Positions 13,745 to 26,381 of a DNA stretch of 64,000 nucleotides are shown in pieces. Position numbers and translations under genes: made by a program. The stretch lies in NCBI RefSeq assembly GCF_030144855.1, contig NC_082708.1:127286001-127350000 (forward strand), read 5' to 3'. Below the pieces are notes generated by a model that was not told where the DNA came from, made no database searches, and was given only the letters and a program-made list of their open reading frames with translations. Origin of the DNA: Hypanus sabinus. Taxonomy: Eukaryota. Each line of letters starts with the position of its first letter. Position 1 is the stretch's first letter.

Positions 13745-15912
13745 TGCTGGTACACCAAGCCTGAAAAATGTGAATTCCATAAAGAGCAGGTGTCGTTTTT
13801 GAGCTGTATACTTACCCCATCCAGTGTTGAAATGGACCCCAGTAAAGTTCAGGCAGTTGCAGAGTGGCCCAAATCATCTACAGTCAACCAGGTATGGCGC
13901 TTCATGGGGTTTGCAAACTTTAATCACTGCATAATCCAGAATTTCAGCTCTCTCACGGCTCCAATTAACACACTCACCTCGGCAGGATTCCATTGGACGG
14001 ACGATGCCGACCAAGCATTTTCCGAGCTGAAGGGATGTTTCACCTCTGCCCCGCTGTTGCAACACCCAGACCCATCTCAGCCAATCAATGTCAAAGTGGA
14101 GGAATCCGATGTTGGCATTGGAGCTGTCCTCTCTCTGTGCTCATCTGTGGATAGCCGGCTGCCCCCTTATGCTTTTCTTTCCCATCGCTTGACTCCAGCC
14201 GAGAGGATTGATGACGTTGGGAACCGAGTGCTTCGGGCTGTCAAGGAGGCCCTGGCGGAATGGCGACACTGGCTGGAGGGGGCAGAGCATCCATTCTTGG
14301 TCTGGACAGAACCTCTCCTGTATTCAGGATGCTAAGAGACTCAACTCTCATCAAGCCCGGTGGGCTCTCTTCTTCACATGGTTCAATTTTGTCTCCATTT
14401 ATTGTCCAGGCAGCAAGAATACAAAGGCTGAAGCTCTCTTCTGGCAGTTCAACAGATCTGAGGACAATGCTGATCCAGACCCCATTGTTCCTCACTCGTG
14501 TATCGCTGCTCCAGTGATCTGGGGAATAGAGGCAGAGGTGAGGGCCGCCCAACAATCAGATCCAGGCCTGGATGGGGAACCTCCCAACCAGCTGTTTGTC
14601 CCTGCTGCGGCGCTTTCCAAAGTGTTGGAATGGGGTCACTTCTCCCATCTGGCTGGATATCCGGGAATTCAATGTACTCAGAAGTTTATAAGGAGACAAT
14701 TTTGGTGGTCATCTATGTCCCAGGATGCCCACGACTTTGTATCTGCCTGTCCCACCTGCGCTCAGAACAAGTCATCACATCAGCGTCCTGCAGGTCTGTA
14801 ATGTCCACGGCCTGTACCCCACTGCCCCTGGTCCCACCTCTCAGTAGATTTCATCACTGGTCTGCCCCCGTCTAATGGAAACGCCACCATTTTGATCGTT
14901 GCGGATCGATTTTCCAAGGCTGCCCACTTCATCGCCCTCCCCAAGCTCCCATTGGCTCGTGAGACTGCCACACTCATGGTTCAACATGTGTTCAGGCTCC
15001 ATGGCTTTCCTCAAGACATACTGTCTGATCATGAACCACAGTACACTTCCCGTTTTTGGAAGGCTTTCTGCTCTCTTGTAGGAGCCACGTCCAGCCTTTT
15101 GTCTGGCTTCCATCCCCAATCTAATGGCCAGACTGAGAGGGTGAAACAGGAGTTGGGAGACAACTCTGTGCTGCCTTGCCTCTTCCAACCCCCACATGCT
15201 GGAGCTCCCAATTGGTTTGGGCAGAGATCGCCCACAATAACCTCCAGTCGTCTCCACCAGTATGTCTCTCTTTGAATGCCAGAAGGGATTCCAGCCCCTG
15301 CTCTTCCCTGATCAGGAGATCAACGTAGGAGTTCCTGCTACTGAACAGCTGATCCAGCACTACAAGCGCTCCTGGAGACGAGCCGAGGATTCTCTGCTGC
15401 GTGCCCAGAAACAGCATTCCCGGCAGACTGTTCGGCTCCGTCGACAGATAGGGCCATTCAAGCCAGGAGAGGGGATCTGGTTGGCATCAAGTGATCTTCC
15501 CCTGAAAGTCGAGAACCGGAAATTGGCACCGCGCTACGTGGGACCGTTTGTAGTGGAAAAGGCTGTCAAGAAGGTGTCGTATAGATTGCATCTACCAACA
15601 TCACTGAAGATCCACCCAGTATTCCATGTTTCCTAGCTCAAGCCGGTTATTACCTCTCCCCTGGCCCCAGTCAGTCCACCTTCCCCTCCTCCCTGCCTGG
15701 TAGAAGGTTCCCTTGTCTATGCAATGCAGCACCTCCTGGCATCTCGCTGGGAATGTGGTAAGGTCCAGTACTTTGTGGACTGGGAATGGCATGGCCCGGA
15801 AGAATGTACTTGGATCCCAGCAAAGGATATCTGGGACAAGTCGCTGATCTGGGTCTTCCAGCAGACACGGATCCATAGCGCCTCAGGGGCTGTGCCTAGA
15901 GAGGGGGTTCCC
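13745..15912 (+). pseudogene. pol: Chromovirus (V-clade/Sushi-like) Gypsy pol relic: RT C-terminus, RNase H, integrase, GPY/F module, chromodomain
   Basis: KPEKCEFH..MDPSKVQAVAEWP, DVGIGAVLS, HLAGYPG..CPTC (HHCC), [51 protein letters not shown]; several frameshifts. Confidence 0.95.
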
Positions 15913-16328
15913 TGTCACAACCATAGCGCAGTAGATACAGCAATTACATTTGCAATTACAATTTGCAGCTAATTATTATTTAATCCTGATAGTATTGAAC
16001 TCCATAGTTGATGCCATAGTGCTTGTCGAGACTTGGACAGAGCATAGCAACACTTTGCTGCTGTTTTGCATTCAGCCTTCCCTGAGATATTAGACTTTCA
16101 AGTCAGCTGACTCTGAAGACTAGCCATATTCGATTAAAGTTTAGCTGTTCTTTTCATCTGCAGTGTAGGCTTCATTTTCCTTTTGTGAGTTTTAGTTAAT
16201 GGCCCTGTTTGGCCTAGCGCATATTGTTTTATTTTCCCTTTAACACTGTTTGTATTAAAGTCTGTGAACTGTCGACCTGCTTCAGTGTCACTCACTCTGC
16301 ACTTGGGACATATCCAAACCTGGTAACA
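15913..16328 (+). repeat. 3' LTR of the plus-strand Gypsy
   Basis: Polypurine tract agagaggggg just upstream; TGTCAC…GTAACA termini; ATTAAA signal near 16255. Confidence 0.85.
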
Positions 16329-17500
16329 AATACAGCACTTCAGTCCTGCATTCTTCACCCTTATGAGTTTTGCTCTGTGGTATGACTACATTCTTTACTC
16401 TGTCTGCATTTGAACCCAGTCACTGGCTTGTCCTTCCTAACATTTATGTTGCAGCCATTATCCTCTTGTAAACCTGCTAGCTCATCTTCAGCTCTATCAT
16501 CCTGATTCTCATACCCCTGCTATATTAGTTAACCACTCCGAACAGCTCTACCAAACCTGCCCACAAGGGTAATAGTCCCCCTCGGATTCAAGAACATACC
16601 TGCTGCAGAAGATGTTCCAATGGTCCAGAAATCTGAATCTCTGCCCCTGCTCCAACTCTTCAGCTATACATTAATCCATCACCTCATTCCATTCCTATCC
16701 GTATTGTCACGTGGCTCAGGCAGCTATACCGAGATTAAGGTCCTGCTTCTCAACTTCCTTCCTAACTCCCTGTATTCTGTTTTCAGGACCTCTTCCATTT
16801 TTCAACCTGTATCTTGGTACCAATATATACCATTGCTTCTGGCTGCTCACCCTCCCTTTTAGGATATCGTGCACGCATTCAGAAACATAGCAAACACTGG
16901 CACCTAGGACACAAACTACCATCTGTGTTTCCTTTTCTCATCCACAGAATCGCCTATCTTTCCCCCTGACTATAGAGACCCCTATTACTGCTGCCATCCT
17001 CTTAGTTTCCTATCCTTCTGAGCTACAGGGCCAGACTGAATATGTCAGAGGCACGGACATTGTTGCTTCCCGAGGTGGGTTGACACCCCCCCCCCCCCCA
17101 CAATAGTACTCAAAATTGAGTACTTATTGTTGAGGGGGACAGCCACAGGGGTGCTTTCCACTATTTGACATTCTCCCTTCCTACTCTTGACAGTCACTCA
17201 TTAATGTCTCTTGTAGCCTTGGGGTGACTACTTTCCTATAGCTCCTCTCCATCACTTCTTCACTTTCCCTAACAAACTGAAGGTCATTGAGCTGCCGCTC
17301 AAGTGCCCTAACACAGTCTCTAAGGAGCTGCATCTTGGTGCACCTAGTGCAGATGTGGCTATTGGAGAGGCTGGTAGTCTCCTGGATGTCTGACACCCAG
17401 AACAGAAGCATGGCTCTGCAGACATACCCCTTATTCTCTCAAGAGTTGATTAAAAAAAAAGAATCTCCTTTGTTGCATGTGCACATTACTCCTATCAGTG
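16329..17500 (-). pseudogene. CR1 ORF1 relic (zinc-finger/leucine zipper + SGNH esterase)
   Basis: HICTRCTKMQLLRDCVRALERQL..VMERSYRKVVTP; the esterase part is homologous to 18170-18496. Confidence 0.85.
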
Positions 17501-17579
17501 ACTCCTGGTGAAAAACTTCCTGCACGGGAATGCTTCTGTTGCCCTGCACAGTACTCCAATCAATGACTCCCATCAAAAA

Positions 17580-18548
17580 ACTTCCTGCTTTTTAGTCCTT
17601 TTACAGCATGGGAATCACAGTCAAGACGTGGAAAGTTAAAACCACCTACTATAATAACCTTATGTTTCTCACAACATTCTGTGATCCCTCTACAAGTTTG
17701 TTCCTCTAAATCCCATGGACTATTAAATCTATAATGTAGACCTATTAATGTGGTCATTCCTTTCTTATTCCTCAGTTCCACCCATAAAACATCACCAGGC
17801 AAATTCTCCAGTCTATCCTGACTGAGCATTGCTGTGACATTTTCCCTGACTTGTAACACCACTCCTCCTCCTTTAATCTCTCCTGCTCTGTTGCATCTAA
17901 AACAACAGAACTTCGGAATATAGAGCTGCCAGTCCTGCCCCTCCTGCAATTCAGTCTCAGTAATGGCCACAAGATCATAATTCCAGGTGTTGATTCATAC
18001 CCTGAGCTCATCTGCCTTTCATACAATACTTACTGCATTGAATTATACAGAGCTCAGGACACTAGTCACACTGTGCTCAACTTTTTGATTCCTGAGGGAT
18101 TAACAACTTCTGTCTCCACAACCTTTCCACTTCCTGATCCAGTATTCTGGTTCCCCTCCCCCTGCAACTCTAGTTTAAACCCACCTGTGTAACACTAGCA
18201 AACCTTCTGCTGGGTTTTAATCCCTCTCCATCTTTTCTATACAGGTCCCAGTTCCCCTGGAAGACAGCCCAATGATCCGAGAATGTGACATCATCCCTCC
18301 TACACCAACTCCTTAGCCATGTGTTAAACTGTATGATCTTCCTATTTCTGGCCTCACTAACACCCGGCACTGGTAGCAGATCTGTGATCACTACCCTGGA
18401 GGTCCTGTCCTTTAGCTTAGCACCTAACTCCCTGAACTCACTTTGCAGAACCTCGTCAATATTCCTACCTATGTCATTGGTATCTACATGGACCATGACA
18501 TCTGGCTGGTCATCCTTCCACTTAATTATGTTGAGGACTCGATCTAAT
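17580..18548 (-). pseudogene. Second CR1 5' relic (ORF1 SGNH esterase + ORF2 endonuclease)
   Basis: VHVDTNDIG..RVVITDLLPVP..WLRSWCRR..DLYRKDG; AITETELQ..KGGGVVLQV..VIIVGGFNFP. Confidence 0.92.
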
Positions 18549-19619
18549 GAGTGAACAAGGGCTGTGGATGAGAGATAGGCTTAAATAGGCTGCAGGGGAT
18601 GAGCTGGAAATGAGTGGGAGGTGATTCCTGTTAGCTGGGTGGGGGCTGGGAGGCATCTACCTGTGTAGACCTGACAATAGCTCCAGGGAGTTAAGGGGTT
18701 CTCATAAGAGCGCCCTCTAACAATAACATTTGAATACAGATCCATCAGAAGCCACACATGGACTTGGGTATTTAAGTTGTTTTCTACAACATATATATTT
18801 TTGCCAATGAACGACTGTACAAAAAAGCACACTTTGCATAGAAGCACACTTTTAGTTTTCCACTCTCCCAGTGCAAACAGTGGTGTGCAGGTAACTATGT
18901 ATAAAATGTCTTTCACTATTTCTCCATTTTATGGAGATTGGTGTTCCTGGGGAAAATTTAATTCACTTTCTGCCAGGGTCTTTCTTGCTCCACCCTCCCC
19001 CCCCACCCCCAATTCCCAACTCGGTCCGTAATACTGAATGGTCTGTATGGGAGGCAACATATTGACTGGAGCTTGGAATGTACATTTAAAGTGGGAACTG
19101 AATCTTCAAATTTCATCCATCCTCTGTCTTTTCCATGGCAGCCAAATTGTGCATACTTTTGCTTGATTGACATTGTAAGCATAAATTTGGTAAAATCCTG
19201 TGAAGCATCAGAATGTTATAAGTATTTCTTAATCTCTTTCTAATATGCTATTCTTCTCCCTTAATCTATTTATTTTTTCCTCAGAACTAAAGTGCCTGGA
19301 TTTTGAGGCATTGTCGGCATTTCCCTGCATAACTGTTGACATCTTCTCACATAACTGTAATCCTCTTTGGGTCTTAAACACAAATGCAGAAGTTGCAGAG
19401 TCAAAACCAATGATTAAACTGTTTTTCCCCCTATATCAATTGTGACACATTTGGAACAGTGCACAGGAATGAGATATTCCACAGCTGCTTATAGTGGGGA
19501 ATCAACATGAACACCTGAACAAAGTTGGACTTAAACAAAAGCCACCTTCCTCATTCACTTCAATGCCAGATATACCACACGTATCCACATGCCCATCAGC
19601 CTACTGTTTCCTGTAAGTA

Positions 19620-19930
19620 AGGTAGCAAAGTGATTTAGCCAGAAATGTGAACCACTAATCCAGGGAAATGAATTTATGTCAGCAAGGTAACTTATGTTTA
19701 GTTAATTAAAATGTGAAAATCCAAAGAAATAATCGAGTCACAGTAACTGTAGCCATGGAACTATTGTATTGTGGTAAATACCCATCTGATTCATGAGTGC
19801 CCTTCATGAAAGAAAATCTATTCTTACCCTTTCAGGCTTTTATGTTGCTCTGGACCCACAAATATACTTGATTCTTAATTGTCTTTGTGGTTCATGGGCA
19901 ATTAGGAATGATAGAGGCTGTCATGTCTAA
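19620..19930 (+). mobile_element. Highly diverged chondrichthyan SINE-like repeat
   Basis: Resembles, from memory, a shark SINE body (…aaatacccatctgattca…aaatcta…ttaccc…gacccaca…gggcaattagg). No second copy in the window to confirm. Confidence 0.4.
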
Positions 19931-20448
19931 AAACCATTTCTCTTGAAAGAATCCACTTAAACAAACGGATCCCTCTGGAACGGAATGCAAATGAATCCCT
20001 TTAACAAAACTGGTCCCTCTTGGACAGAAATCATATTTGACTTCACCTTTAATGAGCACCATTCCTTTAAGACCACATTGATAATCAGCTGCAACTTGTG
20101 CCTGTGACTCTTGAAATTACAGTTTGCATGATTGTAGTAATTCTGTTGAAGACTGTAGTCATTATAAGGAAATAAAAGCACATATTTCAGCTACAACCAA
20201 TAATGAGTTAAACTGGAGTGCTTTATTTGCACATCTTTATTCTAGCACAATCCAACTTTTAACCAGTTATTCAAAGTAAACACAGAAATTGATAGAAGTG
20301 TACAAAGGGCTGAATATCATATCTGGATAATATAACAAAACTTATGAGATTGGTTAATTCACTACAAGAATAGATTTGTTGGGAATAGGTGAGAATGCAA
20401 AATCCATTCATTTTCAGAGTGGAATTTCAACTTAACTCATTGCACCTG

Positions 20449-21357
20449 AAAGTTCAAAGTACAGTTATTATCAAAGTTCATATATGTCACTATACAACCC
20501 TGAGATAATTTTCTTGTGAGCAATCAAAATAAATACAAAAAACAGATCAGAATTAATGAAAGACTGCACCCAACAGAACTGACAACCAATCTCTGAAATG
20601 CAAAAAGAAAGAGAAAATAATAAATACAAAAATAAATAAATAGACACATAGATTAATAGGTAAATAGATAGATAGATAAGCAATAAATATGAAGAATATG
20701 AGATGAAGAATCCTTGAAAGTTCATCCATCGGATGTGGAAACAGTAGAGTTGTGGGTCAGGTGATGTTGAGAGAAGTTAACCTCACTGATTCAGGAGCCT
20801 GATAGTTGAAGGATAATAACTGTTCCTGAACTTGGTGATGTGTGTCCTGAGGTTCTCGTACCTTTTTCCTGATGGCAGCAATGAGGAGAGAGCATGTCCT
20901 AGATGGTAGCGGTCTTTGATGATGGTTGCTGCTTTCCTGCATCAGTAATCCATGTAGTTGTGCTTGATGTTGGGGAGGGCTCTACTTGAGATGGGCTGGG
21001 CTGTATCCATTAATTATTGTAGGGTCTTCTGTTCAAGGGCATTGGTGTTTCCATACCAGGCCCTGATGTAATCAGTCAATGTAATCTCCACAAAACCTTT
21101 ATAGAAGTTTGTCAAAGATTTAGATGCCGTGCTGAACCTTTGCAAACTTCAAAGGAAGTAGAAGTTTTCTTCATAATGGCACTAACATGCTGGACCCATG
21201 ACAGATCCTCTGAAATGATAACACTGAGAAATTTAAAGTTGCTGACCCTCTCCACCTCTGATCCCCCATTGAGGTCCAGCTCACAGAACTCTAGTTTGCT
21301 CCTCCTGAAGTCAATAATCAGCTCCTTGGTCTTGCTGACATTGAGTGAGAGGATGTG
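20449..21357 (-). mobile_element. Rex1/Babar LINE 3' end
   Basis: RT C-terminal remnants, 3' UTR and (ACTTTG)n tail. Confidence 0.88.
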
Positions 21358-21928
21358 ACATCACCAAGAAGAGGAGGGTTCCTGTGCTGAGAAAGCTTAC
21401 ATACTGTAAAGATATTGAAACCTGGTCACGACACAACAGAATGTGCCTCAGATATTCTTTCACCACATGCAAGTAATTGTGATGTAAGCTGGAGGAATAC
21501 TATCTAATAAATAAACCAATTAATAGCAGTTTGGGTTGCACTTAACAGACTTCATGTTTCTGTCTATTTCTTGTCCATTCCTCTTTCCCTTTGCATTTCA
21601 GTGTAAGTAAATAGAATGTATAATGACATACATTTTATGACCAAAAATAACATGATCAACTTGAATCTAATGATATAGCCTGCTTTGCTTTTCTTGCCAT
21701 TAGATTTCTTGGGCTTTGCGGACATTTTTGCAACCTCTCAAGCGCTTGATGCAAGTCTAGATAGACCATGACCTGGAAGTGTACAGGAAGATGCCTGATA
21801 GACTATAATATTTTTGCTCAGGTTGGAAGTCCTGATCTTCAATATTCATTTTTTAAATGAGAGAAGCCTGGGCTGGCATATTGAAGGTGATGATGAATTT
21901 TATTATTGACATCTGTCTTTGCTGAGAC

Positions 21929-22572
21929 ATGATGATAATGATAGCATCCATCTGTCTTGAAGAACAATGGAGTGATTATGGCACTGGGGAGTGACCTTTC
22001 CAGGGTACAAGCCTGGGTGGAAGGTATGGAGATTCTGGGATGCCCAGTCATCAAGATCCCCTTCTCAGTCTCACTGGTGTAGTCCAAAGGAAAGTGAAGC
22101 AATACGTTTGGCACCAACTTGGCAGCAGGAGCAGCTGGAAGGATATTCAGTAACCTTCAGCTGCCTTCAAAGCTCCACCCCGGATTTGCAGTCTGGGTTT
22201 GCTCCTGGACCCATCAGCTCTCCTGAAGCTGCCAACAAGGCAGTGGGCTATTTACCCCATAGCTGGGAATCTGATTCACAAGCACCAGGGCATGTCCACT
22301 TACCAGTGGGCCCGTGTGCTACGTGTGTAAGGGCCCGACTATCTCCCCGTCTCTGTAGTTCAGACTGAGTCTGAAAGGAGCTCCGTTTCCATGTGTCACC
22401 AGTGAGGAAGCACTACATGAGGCTTGCTGTTGGAGAGGCTATGTACTGGCAGGGAGAGATTTATACATTCAATTCTCCTTTTTGCAAGACTGTTAGCCAG
22501 TGATGGAAGGTGAAAATGAGAGCGACAAGCACTACCCACTACACTACCACACTAGATGCATCACAACAACCG
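21929..22572 (-). mobile_element. Non-autonomous bipartite RTE-derived element (5'UTR-like body + short 3' end, (CAT)n tail)
   Basis: Tail ctccattgttcttcaagacagatggatgctatcattatcatcat on minus; no RT coding; 21997-22115 aligns with the SINE body at 32026-32152. Confidence 0.65.
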
Positions 22573-23057
22573 TTTGAGAGATAACCTTTGTGATCATGTA
22601 AATGACTCTGTTTTTCCAGGGTTTCATTGAGGACCTTCATTGTTGGGAGATGACAATGTGATGTGGAAGCAGATTGATAGAGGATCTTTGTTCAATGAAT
22701 GGTCAGTGTTAGCTTCACAATTTTTTACACTTCAGTGAACAAGTTAATGAATACTTGGAGGTATGCCTCCAAATGTGTATCCACAGCAGCCTGATGAGTA
22801 GAGCAATTTCCCATTGGATCTCAAATTTAGTTGCACTCTAGTTAGCAACTTGTTGGAGATGAGTTGTAACACAACAGTGAGAAAGACTGAAAAATAAATT
22901 TGGGGTGATAATATATCCTAGTTTGCAGCATATTCAGTCCAAAAGAAAAGGTCATTCTTCATGTACTATACTAGATGGTTCTCTGATGGTGAAAAGTATT
23001 ATACTCTCAAATGTGAGTCTGGAAAGGCCACAATGTCCCTATAATGTTGTTCCTTAG

Positions 23058-23338
23058 GGCACCATGGTAGCATAGTGGTTATCTCAACACTATTACAGCC
23101 CAGGGCATTGGAGTTTAGAGTTCAATTCCGACACTGTTTCTAAGAACTTTGTTCTTTCTCCCCATGACCACATGTGTTTCCTCCCACAGTCCAAAGATGT
23201 ACCAATTAGTAGGTTAATTGGTTATTGCAAGATGTCCTGTGATTAGGCCAAAGTTAAGTAGATGGGTTTCTGGGTGGTGTGGTTTATTGAGCCAGACTTT
23301 TCCACACTGTATATTAAATAAAAATAAATAAATTAATA
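23058..23338 (+). mobile_element. HE1-like V-SINE
   Basis: tRNA-like head (tggtagcatagtgg…gttcaattcc), V-domain ttcctcccacagtccaaagatgt, (TAAA)n tail. Confidence 0.85.
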
Positions 23339-24061
23339 GATATCCATTATTCTTCCAATGAACAGCTTCCACATTATAATTCAAGAAGCATCTTTAATCA
23401 CTGGAGAATGCAGTTGATGAAAACCCTAATGATGGATTTACCTCTACAAAAAGTAAAGAGTCACCACAATCAGATTTGTTTCCTTTCTGGAATACACTGT
23501 TGATGCCTTTGATGTTTCTTAGTTTGCACTCCTCTTCCCAAATACGGAAAGGAGGGTGTAATTTTTTATCTGAAGTCCCTCTGGCTAAACTTAAGAACAA
23601 CAATGATCTGATTTGCTTCGAAGATCTTACTTTTTCATGGTTGACTTATGATCTTTCCAGCTTCATGTTATTCTGAGGTAGTGGCAAGGCTGAAATGAAT
23701 ATTTTCTTGTGGGATTGTGTCAAAGACATTCAAATCAAAGACAGAGTGATAATTGAGGAGTTCTGCAAAATCCTCTTTCTATGGTGAAACAACACTGAAA
23801 TATTTGGACCATAGATGTTGTCTATGGTGAAGAATCTGTACATGTCATGTTCTTCAGCAAGTTGCTGCATCTCCTGTGTTCTTTCTGCCCACTATCTGCA
23901 ATAGAGATGCACAATAAAGCCAGTGTGCTTGCATATCAATATTGTGAGAGTTGCAAGTGTTAGTATTTGCATAATAAATGAAAACATACAGGCGGTACAC
24001 TCTCTTCATAACAAATCATCAAATTATGACTCTATGTTAAGTAGAGAGATGGTAATCAGAA

Positions 24062-25215
24062 GCACAAGAGAACCTGCAGATGAATGGAAATTCAGAGTTA
24101 CACATACAAAATACTGGAGGAACTGAGCAGGTCAGGTAGCATCTATAGAAATGAATAAACAGTCTAAGTTTTGAGCTGAGACCCTTCAGCAGAACTGGAA
24201 AAGAAAGAGGAAGAATGTGGTGGAGGGGGGGGGGAGGAGTACAAGTTAAAAGTTGATTGATGAAGCCAGGGGGGTGTGGGAGGGTGGATGAAGTGAGAAA
24301 TTGAGAAGTAATAGGTGGAAAAGGCAAAGGGCTGAAGAGGAAGGAATCTCAAAGTAGAGGAGAGAGGATGACGGGGGAAAGGGAAGGAAGAAGGGCACCA
24401 GAGTGAGAAATGGAAGGGGGAGGAGGATAAATGACCAGAAATTTGAGAAATCGATGTTCATACCATCAGACCAGAGGCTAGCCAAACGGAATATGAGGTG
24501 TTGCTCCTTCATTCTGATAGTGGCCTTACTGGGCAGCTGAAGAGGTCATGGATCAACATGTCAGAATGGGGGTAGGGACTGCAGTTAAAATAGTTGGCCA
24601 CCAGGAAATCCTGCTTGTTGGAGCAAAGGTGCTTGACAAAGTGGTCACCAAATCTACATTGGGTTTCACCAGTGTCGTGAAGGCCGGATCAGGAGCACTG
24701 TATAAAGGAGACAACCCCAACAGATTCACAGGTGAAGTGTTGCCTCACCTGAAAGGACTGTTTGGGGCCCTGAATGGAGGTGAGGGAGGAGGTGAATGGG
24801 CAGGTGTAACACTTTGTCTCCTTACGGGGATACGTGCCGGGTGAGAGATTAGTAGGGAAGGATGAATGGACAAGGGAATTACTGAGGGAGAAATCCTTCT
24901 GGAAACTGGAGAGTGAGGGAGAGGTAAAAATGGTAGGATCCTGTTGAACATGACAGAAGTTACGGAGAGCAATGCGTTGGATCCGTAGGCTGATAGCACG
25001 GGAAGTGAGAAGAAGAGGAACTCTATCCCTGTTAAGGTGGCAACAGATGGGGTGAGGGCAGATGTAAGGGAAATGGAAGATATGTGGGTGAGGGTGACAA
25101 TTATGGTGGAAGAAGAGAAACCATGCTCTTTGAAGAAGAATGATATCTCTGATGTTCTGGAACGGAGAGCCTCATCCTGACAACAGATGTGGTAGAGATG
25201 AAGGAACTGAGAGGA
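24062..25215 (-). mobile_element. Penelope-like element (GIY-YIG endonuclease + 3' terminus)
   Basis: Minus strand TIQGPKQSFQVRQHFTCESVGVV..YTGETQCRFGDHFVKHL. Confidence 0.9.
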
Positions 25216-25289
25216 ACACTAAGTGGACGGGTGAGTTTGTGGGGGAATAAACACAAGTGGTGTAGTTACGTGAAATTGGAAAATTCAGT

Positions 25290-25650
25290 GACACAAGTGG
25301 AATTTCCTATCTGGATGGTGTACTGAGCTTTATAAACAGGATTTCAGAGTGCAAAAGCAAATAACTTAATGAACCTTTATAAAAATACTAGCTTGACCTC
25401 AATTGGAATAGTATGACCAGTAGTGGTTACCCAGCCTTATGAAATTGGAGAAGGTTTTGGATAGAGTGTAAAAAAAAACTTACCACAATGGATCCCGGAC
25501 TTCAGTTACCTAATTAGATTGATGAAGCTACAGTTATTCCCTTTGCTTGAGGATATGATAGAGTTATTTAAAAGCATGAATTTTAGAGAAAGTGTGTAGA
25601 GAGAACTGTTGCCACTGATGGAAGATTCAGAAACTAAGGGACAAAGCAAG
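25290..25650 (+). mobile_element. Old CR1 3' fragment
   Basis: cctttataaaaatactag…cctcaattggaatagt and gatatgatagagttatttaaaa motifs. Confidence 0.6.
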
Positions 25651-26381
25651 AGAGCCAACACATTTGCATTATTCACATGGCCCAGGTGGTGCATAGACTC
25701 CATACACCTTCCATGTTCCCCAGATGAGTTTGTGCTCTTCTGCACCAAGCAGAAAGTTAGAGAGGCAAGATCTGGCTATGGCTGTCAAAATTGATGGCTT
25801 CTACTGACTGCTGAGAAAGTCAAAGTATTATAGTAAGAGTTACGTGTGGGGGGTTTCTTCTTCAGCTCTCTCCCCGATCCGTGATGATCTGATTTCAGTG
25901 AAAGAACTGAAGCAAAGGAGATTGAAAATAGATGAGGGGGGCTTCCCTTATTCAATAAAGGAACCATTAGTACATTATGGAGAAACCATTAAAAATCTCA
26001 GGGTGACAGTACAATGTAACAAGAATATAATACATCCACCTTCAGGGTTATTCCTTTTACAGAGTGGAAATTATCTGTGCCTTGAAGTGAGTTTATGGGA
26101 TTTGTTTCATAAACCTTGATGTTCAGATATTTTCTTCCTCAGAATTGGCTTACATTTCTTTTTCATCCATTAATGATCTTCTAAGCTAATTGCCACAGTA
26201 ACATTAATATTAAAATCAATGCACTTAGTCCTTTCTAATGTTGTTTGCAATTATGTTCATTATGTCCTACCCTGCTGGTTTCCATTTTCAATATTGGTTT
26301 TGAATTTTCCATGACTGAGAACTCAGAGGGATCAAAGTGCAGATGTTGTTATTGTTTCTGCTCTCAGGATGTGCCTCCGTA

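Larger units (their letters stand above)
12699..18676 (-). mobile_element. Degenerate chromovirus-type Gypsy element (3' LTR 12699-12993, integrase/chromodomain relic 13000-13740, partial 5' LTR ~18550-18676) with nested insertions
   Basis: Both LTR pieces end in cctgaca (TGTCAGG on minus) and match the LTRs at 48268 and 51088; TSD ATAGA/ATAGC; peptide PWFIGSFKI..YDLQLSPDLRITPTFHPSCLKP. Confidence 0.8.
21660..23900 (-). mobile_element. Very old RTE-clade LINE relic interrupted by two younger insertions
   Basis: VFQKGNKSDCG (cf. RTE IFKKGDKSDCGNYRG) in ORF 23394-23603; degraded RT-like sequence on both sides. Confidence 0.5.

Noticed and set aside
18708-18723. Partial CTCF motif (TAGAGGGCGCT on minus)
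   Set aside because: The 5' half of the core mismatches; too weak to call.
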